Shown here piece after piece: positions 35,303-44,880 of a stretch of DNA of 64,000 nucleotides (the first letter of the stretch is position 1; each line of letters starts with the position of its first letter). Source of the stretch: an uncultured Amnibacterium sp. (GTDB lineage: Bacteria; Actinomycetota; Actinomycetes; Actinomycetales; Microbacteriaceae); contig NZ_CAXTOQ010000003.1 of NCBI RefSeq assembly GCF_964245895.1, forward strand, positions 3,187-67,186, read 5' to 3'. The position numbers were made by a program, and so were the translations under genes. Below the pieces are notes generated by a model. That model was not told where the DNA came from. It searched no databases and saw only the letters and a list, made by a program, of their open reading frames with translations.

Positions 35303-37414
35303 TCAGGCGCCGGCGGTCGCCGAGCCGGACGACAGGTCGTAGACCGTCACGCCGCCGACGGTGCTCGAGGAGAAGTTCGCCTCCACCCACGCCGCGATGG
35401 AGGAGGACGCATCCGAGCCGCCGTTCGACCGCCCCACCCCGCCGCTCGAGATGAACCAGTGGATCTCGCCGCTCGAGACGTACTGCTGGAACTCGGCGAG
35501 CGTCGGGGACGGGTCGCTGCCGTTGAAGCCGCCGATCGGCATCACGGCCTCGCCCGAGGCGAGCTGGTACGACGCCGCGTTCTGCGAGCCCACCGCGGCC
35601 GCGGCCCAGGTGTAGGCGGAGGCGTTCGACTGCAGCGCCGTGACGAGCGCCGACGACACGGCGGTGCTCCCGCCGAGCAGGCCGCCTCCGCCGCCCATGC
35701 CCCCGAAGCCGCCCCGCGTGCCGCCCGCAGCGGTCCCGCCCTGCGTCGTGCCCTGGCCGCCGCCGAAGCCGCCCTGCGTGCCGCCGAACCCGCCCTGCTG
35801 CTGGCCGAAGCCGCCGCCCTGCTGGCCGCCGAAGGCCTGCCGCGCGCCGCCGAAGCCGCCGCCGCGACCGCCGAAGCCGGCTCCCGCGACCGCGGGGCCC
35901 GCCGTCGGCAGCGACCCGGTGTGCGCGGTGACGGTCGTGTTCACGGACCACGCGAACGGCGCGGCGAGCGCGGCGACGAGCGCGGCGGCCGCACCGATCA
36001 CGGCGAACCGCCGCACGAACGGGGCGAGCAGCAGCGCGACCGCGCCGAGCACACCGGCCATGACCACGACGACCCGCAGCCAGGGCAGGAAGTCCGTGGC
36101 CTGCGACATCAGGGACACCGACCACGCCGTGGTACCGAGCAGCACGACCGCCGCGACCACGCGCGCCCACCAGGCGCCGCGCCGCTGCCAGAGCAGCCAC
36201 GCCCCGGCGCCGACGAGACCGCCGATCGCCGGCGCGAGCGCGACCGCGTAGTACGGGTGGATGATCCCGGCGCCGAAGCTGAAGGCCACCCCGGTGACGA
36301 CGAGCGTGCCGCCGAGCAGCACCACCGTCGCCCGGGCCGGGTCGACCCGCGGGCGCCGCCACAGCACCACCAGACCGACGACGAGCAGCGCCAGCGCCGC
36401 GGGCAGCAGCCACGCGACCTGCGTGCCGAACTCGCTGGAGAACAGTCGGGTGATGCCCGTCTGCCCCCACATCCCGCCACCGGCGTTCCCGCCGCCTCCG
36501 CCGCCCGTGACGGAGCCGGTCTCGTCGCCGGTCAACCGGCCGAGGCCGTTGTAGCCGAACGTCAGCTCGAGGAACGAGTTGCTCTGCGAGCCGCCGATGT
36601 ACGGCCGCATGCTCGCGGGCACCAGCGTGACGATCGCGACCCACCACCCGGCCGACGCGATCAGGGTGCCGAGCGCGGCGAGCAGGTGCAGGAAGCGGCT
36701 GCCGATGCGGCGCGGGGAGGCGTACAGCACGACGCCGATCAGCACCGGGAGGATCAGGAACGCCTGCAGCTGCTTCGTCAGGAACCCGAGGCCGACGGCC
36801 GCGCCCGCCCAGAGCAGCCACCGCACCCGCCCGTCCTCGACGTACCGCAGCGTCAGGTACGTCGCCAGGGTCACGAGCAGCACGAGCAGCGCGTCCGGGT
36901 TGTTGAACCGGAACATCAGCACCGCGACCGGGGTGAGCGCCGTGGCCGCGCCGGCGATCAGGGCCGCCTGCGGGGAGAAGTGGCGCCGCACGAGGGCGTA
37001 CACGAGCGCGACGGTGACCACGCCCATGATCGCCTCGGGCAGCAGGATGCTGAACGACGAGAGGCCGAGGAGGCGCACCGACAGGGCCATCACCCACAGG
37101 GAGGCGGGCGGCTTGTCGACCGTGATCGAGTTGCCCGCGTCCGACGAGCCGTAGAGGAACGCCTCCCAGTTCGACGCGCCGGCCTGCACCGCCGCGGAGT
37201 AGAACGCGTTCGCCCAGCCGTTGGCGGAGAGGTTCCAGATGTAGAGGACCGCCGCCAGCAGCAGCAGCCCGAGGAAGGCGGGCCGGACCCAGGCGGCGTC
37301 CGCGGCGCGACCGCGCCAGAGCGCCCGTGGCAGGGCCCGGGCGCGCGCGCCCAGACCGCCGCGGCGGCTGCCCGCCGCGATGGGGGTCGGGGTGTCGGTG
37401 ATGGTCGAGGTCAC
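35303..37414 (-). CDS. ArnT/PMT (GT39, YkcB-like) polyprenyl-phosphate-sugar transferase
   Basis: WANAFYSAAVQAG, ITVDKPP, FRFNNPDALL, GFLTKQLQA, YNGLGRL; Gly/Phe-rich loop; GTG start overlaps upstream stop. Confidence 0.9.
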   Translation of the reverse strand: MTSTITDTPTPIAAGSRRGGLGARARALPRALWRGRAADAAWVRPAFLGLLLLAAVLYIWNLSANGWANAFYSAAVQAGASNWEAFLYGSSDAGNSITVDKPPASLWVMALSVRLLGLSSFSILLPEAIMGVVTVALVYALVRRHFSPQAALIAGAATALTPVAVLMFRFNNPDALLVLLVTLATYLTLRYVEDGRVRWLLWAGAAVGLGFLTKQLQAFLILPVLIGVVLYASPRRIGSRFLHLLAALGTLIASAGWWVAIVTLVPASMRPYIGGSQSNSFLELTFGYNGLGRLTGDETGSVTGGGGGGNAGGGMWGQTGITRLFSSEFGTQVAWLLPAALALLVVGLVVLWRRPRVDPARATVVLLGGTLVVTGVAFSFGAGIIHPYYAVALAPAIGGLVGAGAWLLWQRRGAWWARVVAAVVLLGTTAWSVSLMSQATDFLPWLRVVVVMAGVLGAVALLLAPFVRRFAVIGAAAALVAALAAPFAWSVNTTVTAHTGSLPTAGPAVAGAGFGGRGGGFGGARQAFGGQQGGGFGQQQGGFGGTQGGFGGGQGTTQGGTAAGGTRGGFGGMGGGGGLLGGSTAVSSALVTALQSNASAYTWAAAAVGSQNAASYQLASGEAVMPIGGFNGSDPSPTLAEFQQYVSSGEIHWFISSGGVGRSNGGSDASSSIAAWVEANFSSSTVGGVTVYDLSSGSATAGA

Positions 37415-38679
37415 TTGATGAGCTCCAGGTGGGGTTCGGTCTCGGAGGACGAGGAGGAGGACGAGGGCGCCGCGCCGGCGACCCGGCGCTCGGGGCCGAT
37501 TCGGCGGGTGCGGAACACCCAGCCGCGCAGCAGGACGAAGCGGACGACGGTCGCGACCAGGTTCGCGGCGGTGAGCACGAGGATCTCCGCGAGCGGGGAG
37601 GCGTCGGGCCGCGCGGAGTGCAGGGCGAGCAGCGAGCCCGCGGTGATGGCCCAGGCGATGCCGAACACCACGAGGCCCTGAGCCTGGTGGCGCACGGCGC
37701 CGAGCCGGCCGGTGACGCCGAAGGTGAACCACCGGTTGGCCCAGGTGTTGCCGATCGCGGTCAGCAGCAGCGCGAGGAAGTTCGCCGCCTGACCGCCGAC
37801 CAGCAGCCGCAGCACGAAGTAGAGCAGCGCGTAGGCGAGCGTGGAGGCGCCGCCCACGACGCAGAACCGGATCACCTGGCTGCCGAAGCCCGGTCGCTCC
37901 GCCGCAGCGAGCGGCGACCGGCCGAGCTCCTCCGCGATCGCCTCGACGGGCAGCCGGTGACGGGAGAGGTCGGTGAACAGCCGCCAGATGCCGCGCAGGT
38001 CGTCCTTGGCGGTCTGCACGATGTCGACGCGGCTGTCGGGGTCGTCCTGCCAGTCGACCGGCACCTCGTGGATGCGCAGCCCGGAGCGCTCCGCCAGCAC
38101 GAGCAGCTCCGTGTCGAAGAACCAGGCGTCGTCCCGCACCAGGGGCAGCAGCCGGTCAGCCGCCTGCTTCGTGACCGCCTTGAAACCGCACTGCGCGTCA
38201 CTGAACGACGTGGCCAGGACGGTGCGGACGATGCCGTTGTAGGAGCGGGAGATGAGCTCGCGCTTCGTGCCGCGCACGACCCGGCTGGTCCGGCTGAGCC
38301 GGGTGCCGATCGCGACGTCCGAGTGCCCGGACAGCAGCGGGGCGATCAGCGGGGACAGGCCCGCGAGGTCCGTGGAGAGGTCCACGTCGAGGTACGCGAC
38401 CACCCGGGCCGAGGACGCGCTCCACGCCGAGCGGAGCGCGAGTCCCCGCCCCTTCCGCTCGAGCCGCAGCACGGCGACGTCGGGGAGCGTCTCCGCCAGG
38501 CCGCGCGCGACGTCGACGGTGCCGTCGGTGCTCGCGTTGTCGACGATCATCACGCGCCAGGTGACCGGCAGGTGCTCGGTCAGGTAGCGGTGCAGGCGCC
38601 AGATGCTCTCCTGCAGCACGTGCGCCTCGTTATGGACGGGGACGACGATCTCGACATCGAGCGACGGCTCAGGTGGCAT
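37411..38679 (-). CDS. GT2 glycosyltransferase fused to GtrA flippase-like domain (polyprenyl-phosphate glycosyltransferase)
   Basis: IVVPVHNE, VDNASTDGT, YLDVDLSTD, DAQCGFKA, WFFDTELL, then IRFCVVG GtrA helices. Confidence 0.9.
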   Translation of the reverse strand: MPPEPSLDVEIVVPVHNEAHVLQESIWRLHRYLTEHLPVTWRVMIVDNASTDGTVDVARGLAETLPDVAVLRLERKGRGLALRSAWSASSARVVAYLDVDLSTDLAGLSPLIAPLLSGHSDVAIGTRLSRTSRVVRGTKRELISRSYNGIVRTVLATSFSDAQCGFKAVTKQAADRLLPLVRDDAWFFDTELLVLAERSGLRIHEVPVDWQDDPDSRVDIVQTAKDDLRGIWRLFTDLSRHRLPVEAIAEELGRSPLAAAERPGFGSQVIRFCVVGGASTLAYALLYFVLRLLVGGQAANFLALLLTAIGNTWANRWFTFGVTGRLGAVRHQAQGLVVFGIAWAITAGSLLALHSARPDASPLAEILVLTAANLVATVVRFVLLRGWVFRTRRIGPERRVAGAAPSSSSSSSETEPHLELIK

Positions 38680-38846
38680 GGGAGGAGGCTGGATGCCGTT
38701 CCTATGCCGTTCCGATGTCTCGGCGATGAGGCGGGTACCGCTTGTTGGCAGGGTCCGATGAGGACGCCCCGCCCGTGTGCACCGCCAACGGCCACGTGCG
38801 CGCGCTGCAGCCGGTGCATACGTCCGCAGGCGGTGCACCCGGTGCG

Positions 38847-40742
38847 TCAGGCGGGCAGGGCCTCCTCGGCCTCGGCGGACTGCTCCGCCGCGAGCCGCGC
38901 GTACAGCCCGCCGAGCCGCACCAGCTCGGTGTGGGTGCCCCGCTCGACGATCCGTCCGGCGTCCACGACGAGGATCTCGTCCGCGTCGACGACCGTCGAC
39001 AGCCGGTGGGCGATCGCGATCGTCGTCCGGCCGGCCGAGGCGGCGTCGAGCGCCTCCTGCACCACGCGCTCCGACACCGAGTCGAGCGCGCTGGTCGCCT
39101 CGTCGAGCAGCACCACCGGCGGGTTCTTCAGCAGGACCCGGGCGATCGCGATGCGCTGCTTCTCCCCGCCGGAGAGCCGGTAGCCGCGCTCGCCGACGAC
39201 CGTGTCGTACCCCTCGGGGAACCGCTCGATCGTCGCGTGCAGGTTCGCGGCGGTCGCGGCCGCGCGGACCTCCTCCTCCGTCGCGTCCGGCTTCGCGTAG
39301 CGCAGGTTGTCGCGGATCGTCGCGTGGAAGAGGTACGTCTCCTGGCTCACGATGCCGATCGAGCCGAGCAGCGACTCCTGGGTCAGCCGCTTCACGTCGA
39401 CCCCGGCGAAGCGCACCGCGCCGCTCGTCGCGTCGTACAGCCGCGGCACGAGGTAGCCGATCGTCGTCTTCCCGGCGCCGGACGGGCCGACCAGGGCGAC
39501 GGAGGCGCCGGGCTCGACCGTGAAGCTGACGTCGGTGAGGATCTCGACCGGCTCCTGGCCGGGCCCGCCCGGGTACGCGAAGCCGACGTGGTCGAACTCG
39601 ACCCTGCCGAGCCCGCTCACCGGCGCGGTCACCGCGTCGGGGGCGTCCGCGATCGCCGGCCGCAGGTCCAGGTACTCGAAGATCCGGGCGAAGAGCGCGG
39701 AGGAGGTCTGCAGGTCGAGCGCGACGCGCAGCAGGCCCATCAGCGGCCAGGTCAGGCGCGCCTGCACGGTGGTGAAGGCGACGATCGTGCCGGCCGTGAT
39801 GTCCGCGCCGTTCGACAGCAGCAGCCCGGCGCACAGGTAGACGAGCGCCGGCACGATGAGCAGGAAGATCTGGATCGTCGCGAAGAAGCCCTGACCGGTC
39901 ATCTCCTGCCGCACCTGCAGCCGCAGCTGCCGGGTGCTCTCGGCGGTGTACCGCTCGGTCTCCTGCCGCTGCCGCGTGAACGCCTTCGCGAGCAGGATCC
40001 CGGAGACGGAGAGCGCCTCCTGCGTGATCGCGGACAGCTCGGACAGGGACTCCTGCGTCTTCGTCGCGATGCGGGCGCGCCGCTGGCCGACGCTGCGCTG
40101 CACCACCGCCAGCACCGGCAGCAGCACGATCGCGATCAGCGCCAGCTGCCAGCTGAGCAGGAACATCGCCACGAACGCGGCGATGACGGTGACGGTGTTG
40201 CCCACCACGGACGACACCGTGTTCGACAGCACGTTCGCGACGCCGCCCACGTCGTTCGCGAGCCGGGACTGGATGACGCCCGTCCGCGTTCGGGTGAAGA
40301 AGCCGAGCTCCATCTCCTGCAGCCGGGAGAACAGCCGCTGGCGCAGGGAGGCGGTCACCCCGTTGCCGATGGTCGCCGTCAGGTACGTCTGCCAGACGCC
40401 CAGCAGCTGCGACACCACCCAGATCGCGACCATGCCGCCGACGATCTCCGCGAGCCGCGGCAGGTTCGGGCCGCCGCCCGGGAACAGTCCCTGGTCGAAC
40501 GCCTCCTGCGTCAGCAGCGGCGGCACGACGGTGAGCGCCGCGGTGATCAGCACGAGCCCGATCGTCAGGGCGAGCCGACCGCGGTAGGGCTCGAAGAGCC
40601 CGCGGATCCGACGGCCGAAGTCCGGGATCCGCGGCGCAGCCGCGTTCTCGGCGCGCGCGAGCGAGGCGTCCTGACGCGACCCCCGGATCGCCCGCATGCT
40701 CACTGCAGAAGGGTAGGGTCCGCCGCCGACGGCGCTGCGCAT
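38847..40742 (-). CDS. ABC transporter fused permease/ATPase (exporter type)
   Basis: GPSGAGKTT, LSGGEKQRIAIAR, LLDEATSALD; six TM helices; start uncertain (40697-40790). Confidence 0.92.
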   Translation of the reverse strand: MRSAVGGGPYPSAVSMRAIRGSRQDASLARAENAAAPRIPDFGRRIRGLFEPYRGRLALTIGLVLITAALTVVPPLLTQEAFDQGLFPGGGPNLPRLAEIVGGMVAIWVVSQLLGVWQTYLTATIGNGVTASLRQRLFSRLQEMELGFFTRTRTGVIQSRLANDVGGVANVLSNTVSSVVGNTVTVIAAFVAMFLLSWQLALIAIVLLPVLAVVQRSVGQRRARIATKTQESLSELSAITQEALSVSGILLAKAFTRQRQETERYTAESTRQLRLQVRQEMTGQGFFATIQIFLLIVPALVYLCAGLLLSNGADITAGTIVAFTTVQARLTWPLMGLLRVALDLQTSSALFARIFEYLDLRPAIADAPDAVTAPVSGLGRVEFDHVGFAYPGGPGQEPVEILTDVSFTVEPGASVALVGPSGAGKTTIGYLVPRLYDATSGAVRFAGVDVKRLTQESLLGSIGIVSQETYLFHATIRDNLRYAKPDATEEEVRAAATAANLHATIERFPEGYDTVVGERGYRLSGGEKQRIAIARVLLKNPPVVLLDEATSALDSVSERVVQEALDAASAGRTTIAIAHRLSTVVDADEILVVDAGRIVERGTHTELVRLGGLYARLAAEQSAEAEEALPA

Positions 40743-40818
40743 GCCCGGGCGAGCATCTCTCGGGGAGCGGTCAGCCGGAGGTGGGCCCACTCGCAGACGA
40801 CGCTCCTACGGTCCGAGG

Positions 40819-41406
40819 ATGAGTGACATCCATCCTGGAACGCCGCGCGACGACGCCGACGACTCCCCCTTCACCGTCGAGGACACCGGTTCCACGACGG
40901 ACGCGGCCGACCTGGTGGGCGGCGAGCGAGCACGACAGCACGACGCCGCCTTCGGCGGCGATGACGACGCCTCCCGCGTCACGAGCACCGAGCCGATGCC
41001 CACGACCGACGGCGGCGGAGCCCATGCGGTCGGCAGCGGCGACGCCGTCGGCAGCCGCGACACCGTCGGCAGCGGCGACGCCGTCGGCAGCCGCGACACC
41101 GTCGGCAGCGGCGACACCGTCGGCAGCCGCGACACCGTCGACACGTCCGCGTCCGTCGAGGCGACCGACGCGGCGACCGACGGAGGCGGCGGGCTCACCG
41201 CGCTCGACGACGACGGTTCCATCGCGCACGTGTTCGACCAGACGAACGGCGTCATCGACGGCCTGGAGGGCGAGTCCGACGGCGAAGCGTCCGGGGACGA
41301 GGAGAGCCTGGGCGACCGGTCGAGGGGCGCCGTCCCGATCGGTCAGCAGGACGCCTTCGAGGAGGACCACTACGGCCGGGAGGGCGAGCGGGGCTCCGGG
41401 GCGTAG
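40819..41406 (+). CDS. Highly acidic hypothetical protein with internal hexapeptide repeats
   Basis: Start MSDIHPG after GAGG; D/E-rich; VGS[GR]D[AT] x6. Confidence 0.6.
   Translation: MSDIHPGTPRDDADDSPFTVEDTGSTTDAADLVGGERARQHDAAFGGDDDASRVTSTEPMPTTDGGGAHAVGSGDAVGSRDTVGSGDAVGSRDTVGSGDTVGSRDTVDTSASVEATDAATDGGGGLTALDDDGSIAHVFDQTNGVIDGLEGESDGEASGDEESLGDRSRGAVPIGQQDAFEEDHYGREGERGSGA
41029..41136 (+). repeat. Coding tandem repeat, six 18-bp units
   Basis: GTCGGCAGC(G/C)GCGAC(G/A)CC repeated six times, alternating G/C variants. Confidence 0.95.
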
Positions 41407-41480
41407 CGCCCGAGCGCCCCGCCGCGGCCCGCGTACCGACGTCCGCGGGTGCTCGGCGGGGCCTCGCCTAGGGTTGGCGG

Positions 41481-42419
41481 GTGTTCGCGCTGCCGGAGTC
41501 GTGGGTGTGGGACTTCTGGATCGTGGACGACGGCGACCGGTACCACCTGTTCTTCCTCTTCGCGTCCAAGGCGCTGCGGGATCCGGAGGCGCGCCACCAT
41601 CGCGCTTCGGTCGGGCACGCCGTCTCCACGGATCTGCGGACCTGGAACCGGGTGGAGGACGCGCTCGTCCGTAGCGACCCGCCCGCGTTCGACGACCTCG
41701 CGATCTGGACCGGCTGCACGGTCCGGCATCCGAACGGCACGTGGTTCCTGATCTACACCGGCGCGCACCTCGTCGACGGCAGGAACGTGCAGTCAATCGG
41801 CGTCGCGACGAGCGCCGACCTGGTCAGCTGGGACCGGAGGGGGCAGGTGCTGGCCGCCGACCCGCGGTGGTACGAGACGCTCGACGACGGCCCGTGGCCG
41901 GACGAGGCGTTCCGCGACCCCTGGGTGTACCGCGACGGCGAGCGCTGGCGGATGCTGATCACGGCACGCGCAAGGACCGGACCGCTGGACGACCGCGGCA
42001 TCATCGGGACGGCCGTGTCCGACGACCTGCTGTCCTGGACCCTCGAAGCCCCGCTCACGGAACCGGGCAGCGGGTTCACCCAGCTGGAGGTCACCCAGAC
42101 CGTCCGGATCGGCGGCGAACCCTTCCTCGTGTTCAACTGCCTCGCCGGCGAGCTGTCGGACACGCACCGGGCGACCGGCACGACCGGAGGGGTGTGGACC
42201 GTCCCGACGCGACCCGGACCCCGTCCGTGGGCCCCGAAGGACGCGACCCTGCTCGCCGGGCACGACCTCTACGTCGGGCGGGTGGTCGAGACACGGGAGG
42301 GCGCGACCGTCTTCCTCGCGTTCCGCAACTTCGACGAGCAGGGCGGATTCGTCGGTACGATCACCGATCCGATGCCGATCGGGCTGCAGGACGGCCGCCC
42401 CCACCTGCTTGCTCGTTAA
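41481..42419 (+). CDS. Five-bladed beta-propeller glycosidase (GH32/GH68-like beta-fructosidase), cytoplasmic
   Basis: WVWDFW, WTG, FRDPWV, QLEV catalytic-type motifs; no signal peptide. Confidence 0.82.
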   Translation: MFALPESWVWDFWIVDDGDRYHLFFLFASKALRDPEARHHRASVGHAVSTDLRTWNRVEDALVRSDPPAFDDLAIWTGCTVRHPNGTWFLIYTGAHLVDGRNVQSIGVATSADLVSWDRRGQVLAADPRWYETLDDGPWPDEAFRDPWVYRDGERWRMLITARARTGPLDDRGIIGTAVSDDLLSWTLEAPLTEPGSGFTQLEVTQTVRIGGEPFLVFNCLAGELSDTHRATGTTGGVWTVPTRPGPRPWAPKDATLLAGHDLYVGRVVETREGATVFLAFRNFDEQGGFVGTITDPMPIGLQDGRPHLLAR

Positions 42420-42493
42420 GGCTGGATTCGCGGACTCGCCGGGCGCGAAGGCCCGCGAGCGGCGTGTCGACGAATCCGGCCTTAACGAGCAAG
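42408..42493. repeat. Long inverted repeat overlapping both stop codons of convergent genes (REP/MITE-like, likely bidirectional terminator)
   Basis: CTTGCTCGTTAAGGCTGGATTCG (42408-42430) / CGAATCCGGCCTTAACGAGCAAG (42471-42493), 22 of 23 complementary. Confidence 0.85.
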
Positions 42494-44152
42494 AGCGGGG
42501 TCGCGGATCCAGGCGGTCGCGTCGGCCGGGAGGATCCCCTCGGCGATCGGTGCGCTGGTGATCAGCACCTCGCCGGGAGGCAGGGGCGCCGGCGAGCCGA
42601 ACGTCGTGATCGACCGCCATCCGCCCTCCCGGATCACCTCGATGACGTGCCCGGTCGCCTCGCCGAACGTCACGCCCTCGCCGATCGTCACCTCCGCCCG
42701 GGTCGCGAGCGCCGCCCGGTAGAAGGCGAGCGTCGATCCGGGGTCGCGCTCCTGCGCCTCGACCGCGAAGTCCGCGAACCACGAGGGCTGCGGCAGGTGC
42801 GCGCCGCCGGCTCCGAACCCGAACGACGGCCCGCCCGTCGTCCACGGCAGCGGCACCCGGCACCCGTCCCGGCCCTTGGCCGTATGCCCGTGCCGCTCCC
42901 AGACCGGGTCGGCGAGGGCGGCGATCGGCAGGTCCGCGACCTCGGGCAGCCCGAGCTCCTCCCCCTGGTACAGGTAGGCGGAGCCCGGCAGGGCGAGCAG
43001 CAGCAGCGTCCCCGCCGTCGCGCGTGCCAGCCCGAGCGCGCGGTCCTCCACCGGCTCCGCTCCGTCGCGCAGCAGCCACGCCGACAGATCGGTCCCCCGC
43101 GGCAGACCGAAGCGGCTCGCGTGCCGCACGAGGTCGTGGTTCGACAGCACCCACGTCGACGACGCACCGACGACGCGAGCGCGCTCGAGCGCCCCCTCGA
43201 TCGTCGACCGGAACCGCTCGGCGTCCCACGGCTCGAGCACCAGGTCGAACTCGAACGCCTGACCGAGCTCGTCGGCCCTGGCGTACAGCGGCAGGCGGGA
43301 CGGCGGCGCCCACGCCTCCGCCACCGCCGCGCGCGGCGGGTCGTACTCGTTCAGCACGCGACGCCAGCCGCGGAAGATCTCGTGCACCTCGTCCCGATCG
43401 AACAGGGGATCCGACCCGTCATCCGGGACGACGTCGCGGCTGATCCTCGGATAGCTGCGCAGCGGCTCGTCGAGATCCTTGGCCAGCCCGTGCGCGACGT
43501 CGACCCGGAAGCCGTCGACCCCACGGTCCGCCCAGAACCGGAGGATGTCGTGGAACTCCTCGCGTACCTCCGGGTTGGACCAGTCGAAGTCCGGCTGCTC
43601 CGGCGCGAAGAGGTGCAGGTACCACTGGCCGCGCCGTCCTGAGGCACTCGAAGGGTCGGGCACCCGGGTCCACGCGGATCCGCCGAAGTGGCTGACCCAG
43701 TCCGACGGCGGCTGCGAGCCGTCGGCGCCGAGGCCGTCGCGGAAGACGTACCTGGCCCGCTCGCGCGATCCGGGCGCGGCCGCCAGGGCGGCCCGGAACC
43801 AGGCGTGTCCGGAGCCGGAGTGGTTCGGCACGATGTCGACGACGATGCGGATGCCCTCGGCGTGCAGGGCAGCCACCAGGTCGTCGAACTGCGCGAGCGT
43901 GCCGATCCGCGGATCGACGTCGCGGGGGTCGTCGACGTCGTAGCCGCCGTCCGCGAGCGCGGAGGGGTAGAACGGGCTGAGCCAGACGGCGTCGATGCCG
44001 AGCCGGCGCAGGTACGGCACCCGCTCGATCAGCCCCGCGAGGTCGCCGATGCCGTCCCCGTTCCCGTCGGCGAAGCTGCGCGGGTACACCTGGTACACGA
44101 CGGCGGAGCGCCACCAGTCCGGATCGGTCAGGTCACGGGTCCGGGGCGGCAT
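42482..44152 (-). CDS. GH13 alpha-glucosidase
   Basis: WWRSAVVYQVYPRSFAD, DIVPNH, GFRVDVAHG, VAEAW, LSNHD, YQGEELG, GRDGCRVPLPW. Confidence 0.93.
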   Translation of the reverse strand: MPPRTRDLTDPDWWRSAVVYQVYPRSFADGNGDGIGDLAGLIERVPYLRRLGIDAVWLSPFYPSALADGGYDVDDPRDVDPRIGTLAQFDDLVAALHAEGIRIVVDIVPNHSGSGHAWFRAALAAAPGSRERARYVFRDGLGADGSQPPSDWVSHFGGSAWTRVPDPSSASGRRGQWYLHLFAPEQPDFDWSNPEVREEFHDILRFWADRGVDGFRVDVAHGLAKDLDEPLRSYPRISRDVVPDDGSDPLFDRDEVHEIFRGWRRVLNEYDPPRAAVAEAWAPPSRLPLYARADELGQAFEFDLVLEPWDAERFRSTIEGALERARVVGASSTWVLSNHDLVRHASRFGLPRGTDLSAWLLRDGAEPVEDRALGLARATAGTLLLLALPGSAYLYQGEELGLPEVADLPIAALADPVWERHGHTAKGRDGCRVPLPWTTGGPSFGFGAGGAHLPQPSWFADFAVEAQERDPGSTLAFYRAALATRAEVTIGEGVTFGEATGHVIEVIREGGWRSITTFGSPAPLPPGEVLITSAPIAEGILPADATAWIRDPALAR

Positions 44153-44228
44153 CCGAGAACCCTACGGTGCGACCGTCGACCGGTCCGCGGCCCCGCTGCC
44201 GACGTGCGGGCATCGCGACGACCGCGGC

Positions 44229-44873
44229 TCAGTCGGTCGTGACGCGGGCGCTCCAGACGACGTTGCCGCGCGTCGTCCCGACCGCGACGAACGGCCGGCC
44301 GCTCGCCTCCAGGGTCTGACGCAGCACCGCTCGCCGCTCGGTGCAGCGGAACGTGAAGACCGCGCCGACGGCGATGACGACCCGACCGGCCCCCTGGCAG
44401 CGGATCGCGACGTGCAGGGTGCGCGCCGTCGGCTGGAACACCTGGTACCCCTGCGGCTGGTACGTGACGACCCCGGGCGCGATGCGCGGATCGGAGGCGC
44501 GGAACAGGATCGTCAGCGTCCGGCCGGACGCGGCCGGAGCGTCGAGCTGCTGCGGGAAGGGCGGGTCCCGCTGCTGGAGCACCACGGCCACGACCAGGCC
44601 GGCGATCACCGCGGCGACGCCGAGGACGAGCGCGATGCGCTGGGTTCGCGACGGCCTCGAGCGACTCGTCGGCGCCGGGTCGGTCACCGCCGTCCGGGCG
44701 GCGGGCGCCTCGGCCGCGAGCGGCGGGGCGACGAGGCGACCGGCGCCGACCAGCCGCTCGTACTCCGCCAGGTCGTCCGCGGAGGCGTCCGGCCGGTACA
44801 CGCGAAGCCGGGCCGCCTCGAGGGCGGACGCGGAAGGGCCGGGCCCCGCAGGACCCGGCCCCTCTGCCGTCAT
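44229..44873 (-). CDS. Hypothetical single-TM membrane protein
   Basis: LRVYRPDA N-terminal motif, TM IALVLGVAAVIAGLVVAVVL, C-terminal beta domain. Confidence 0.6.
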   Translation of the reverse strand: MTAEGPGPAGPGPSASALEAARLRVYRPDASADDLAEYERLVGAGRLVAPPLAAEAPAARTAVTDPAPTSRSRPSRTQRIALVLGVAAVIAGLVVAVVLQQRDPPFPQQLDAPAASGRTLTILFRASDPRIAPGVVTYQPQGYQVFQPTARTLHVAIRCQGAGRVVIAVGAVFTFRCTERRAVLRQTLEASGRPFVAVGTTRGNVVWSARVTTD

Positions 44874-44880
44874 GGTCGGA

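Noticed and set aside
35690-35880. Gly/Phe/Gln repeats in the ArnT-like gene as a separate repeat element
   Set aside because: Low-complexity loop commonly seen in YkcB-like proteins; not an independent feature
41029-41136. Possible CRISPR array
   Set aside because: Contiguous 18-bp in-frame units without unique spacers, and no cas genes; it is a coding VNTR
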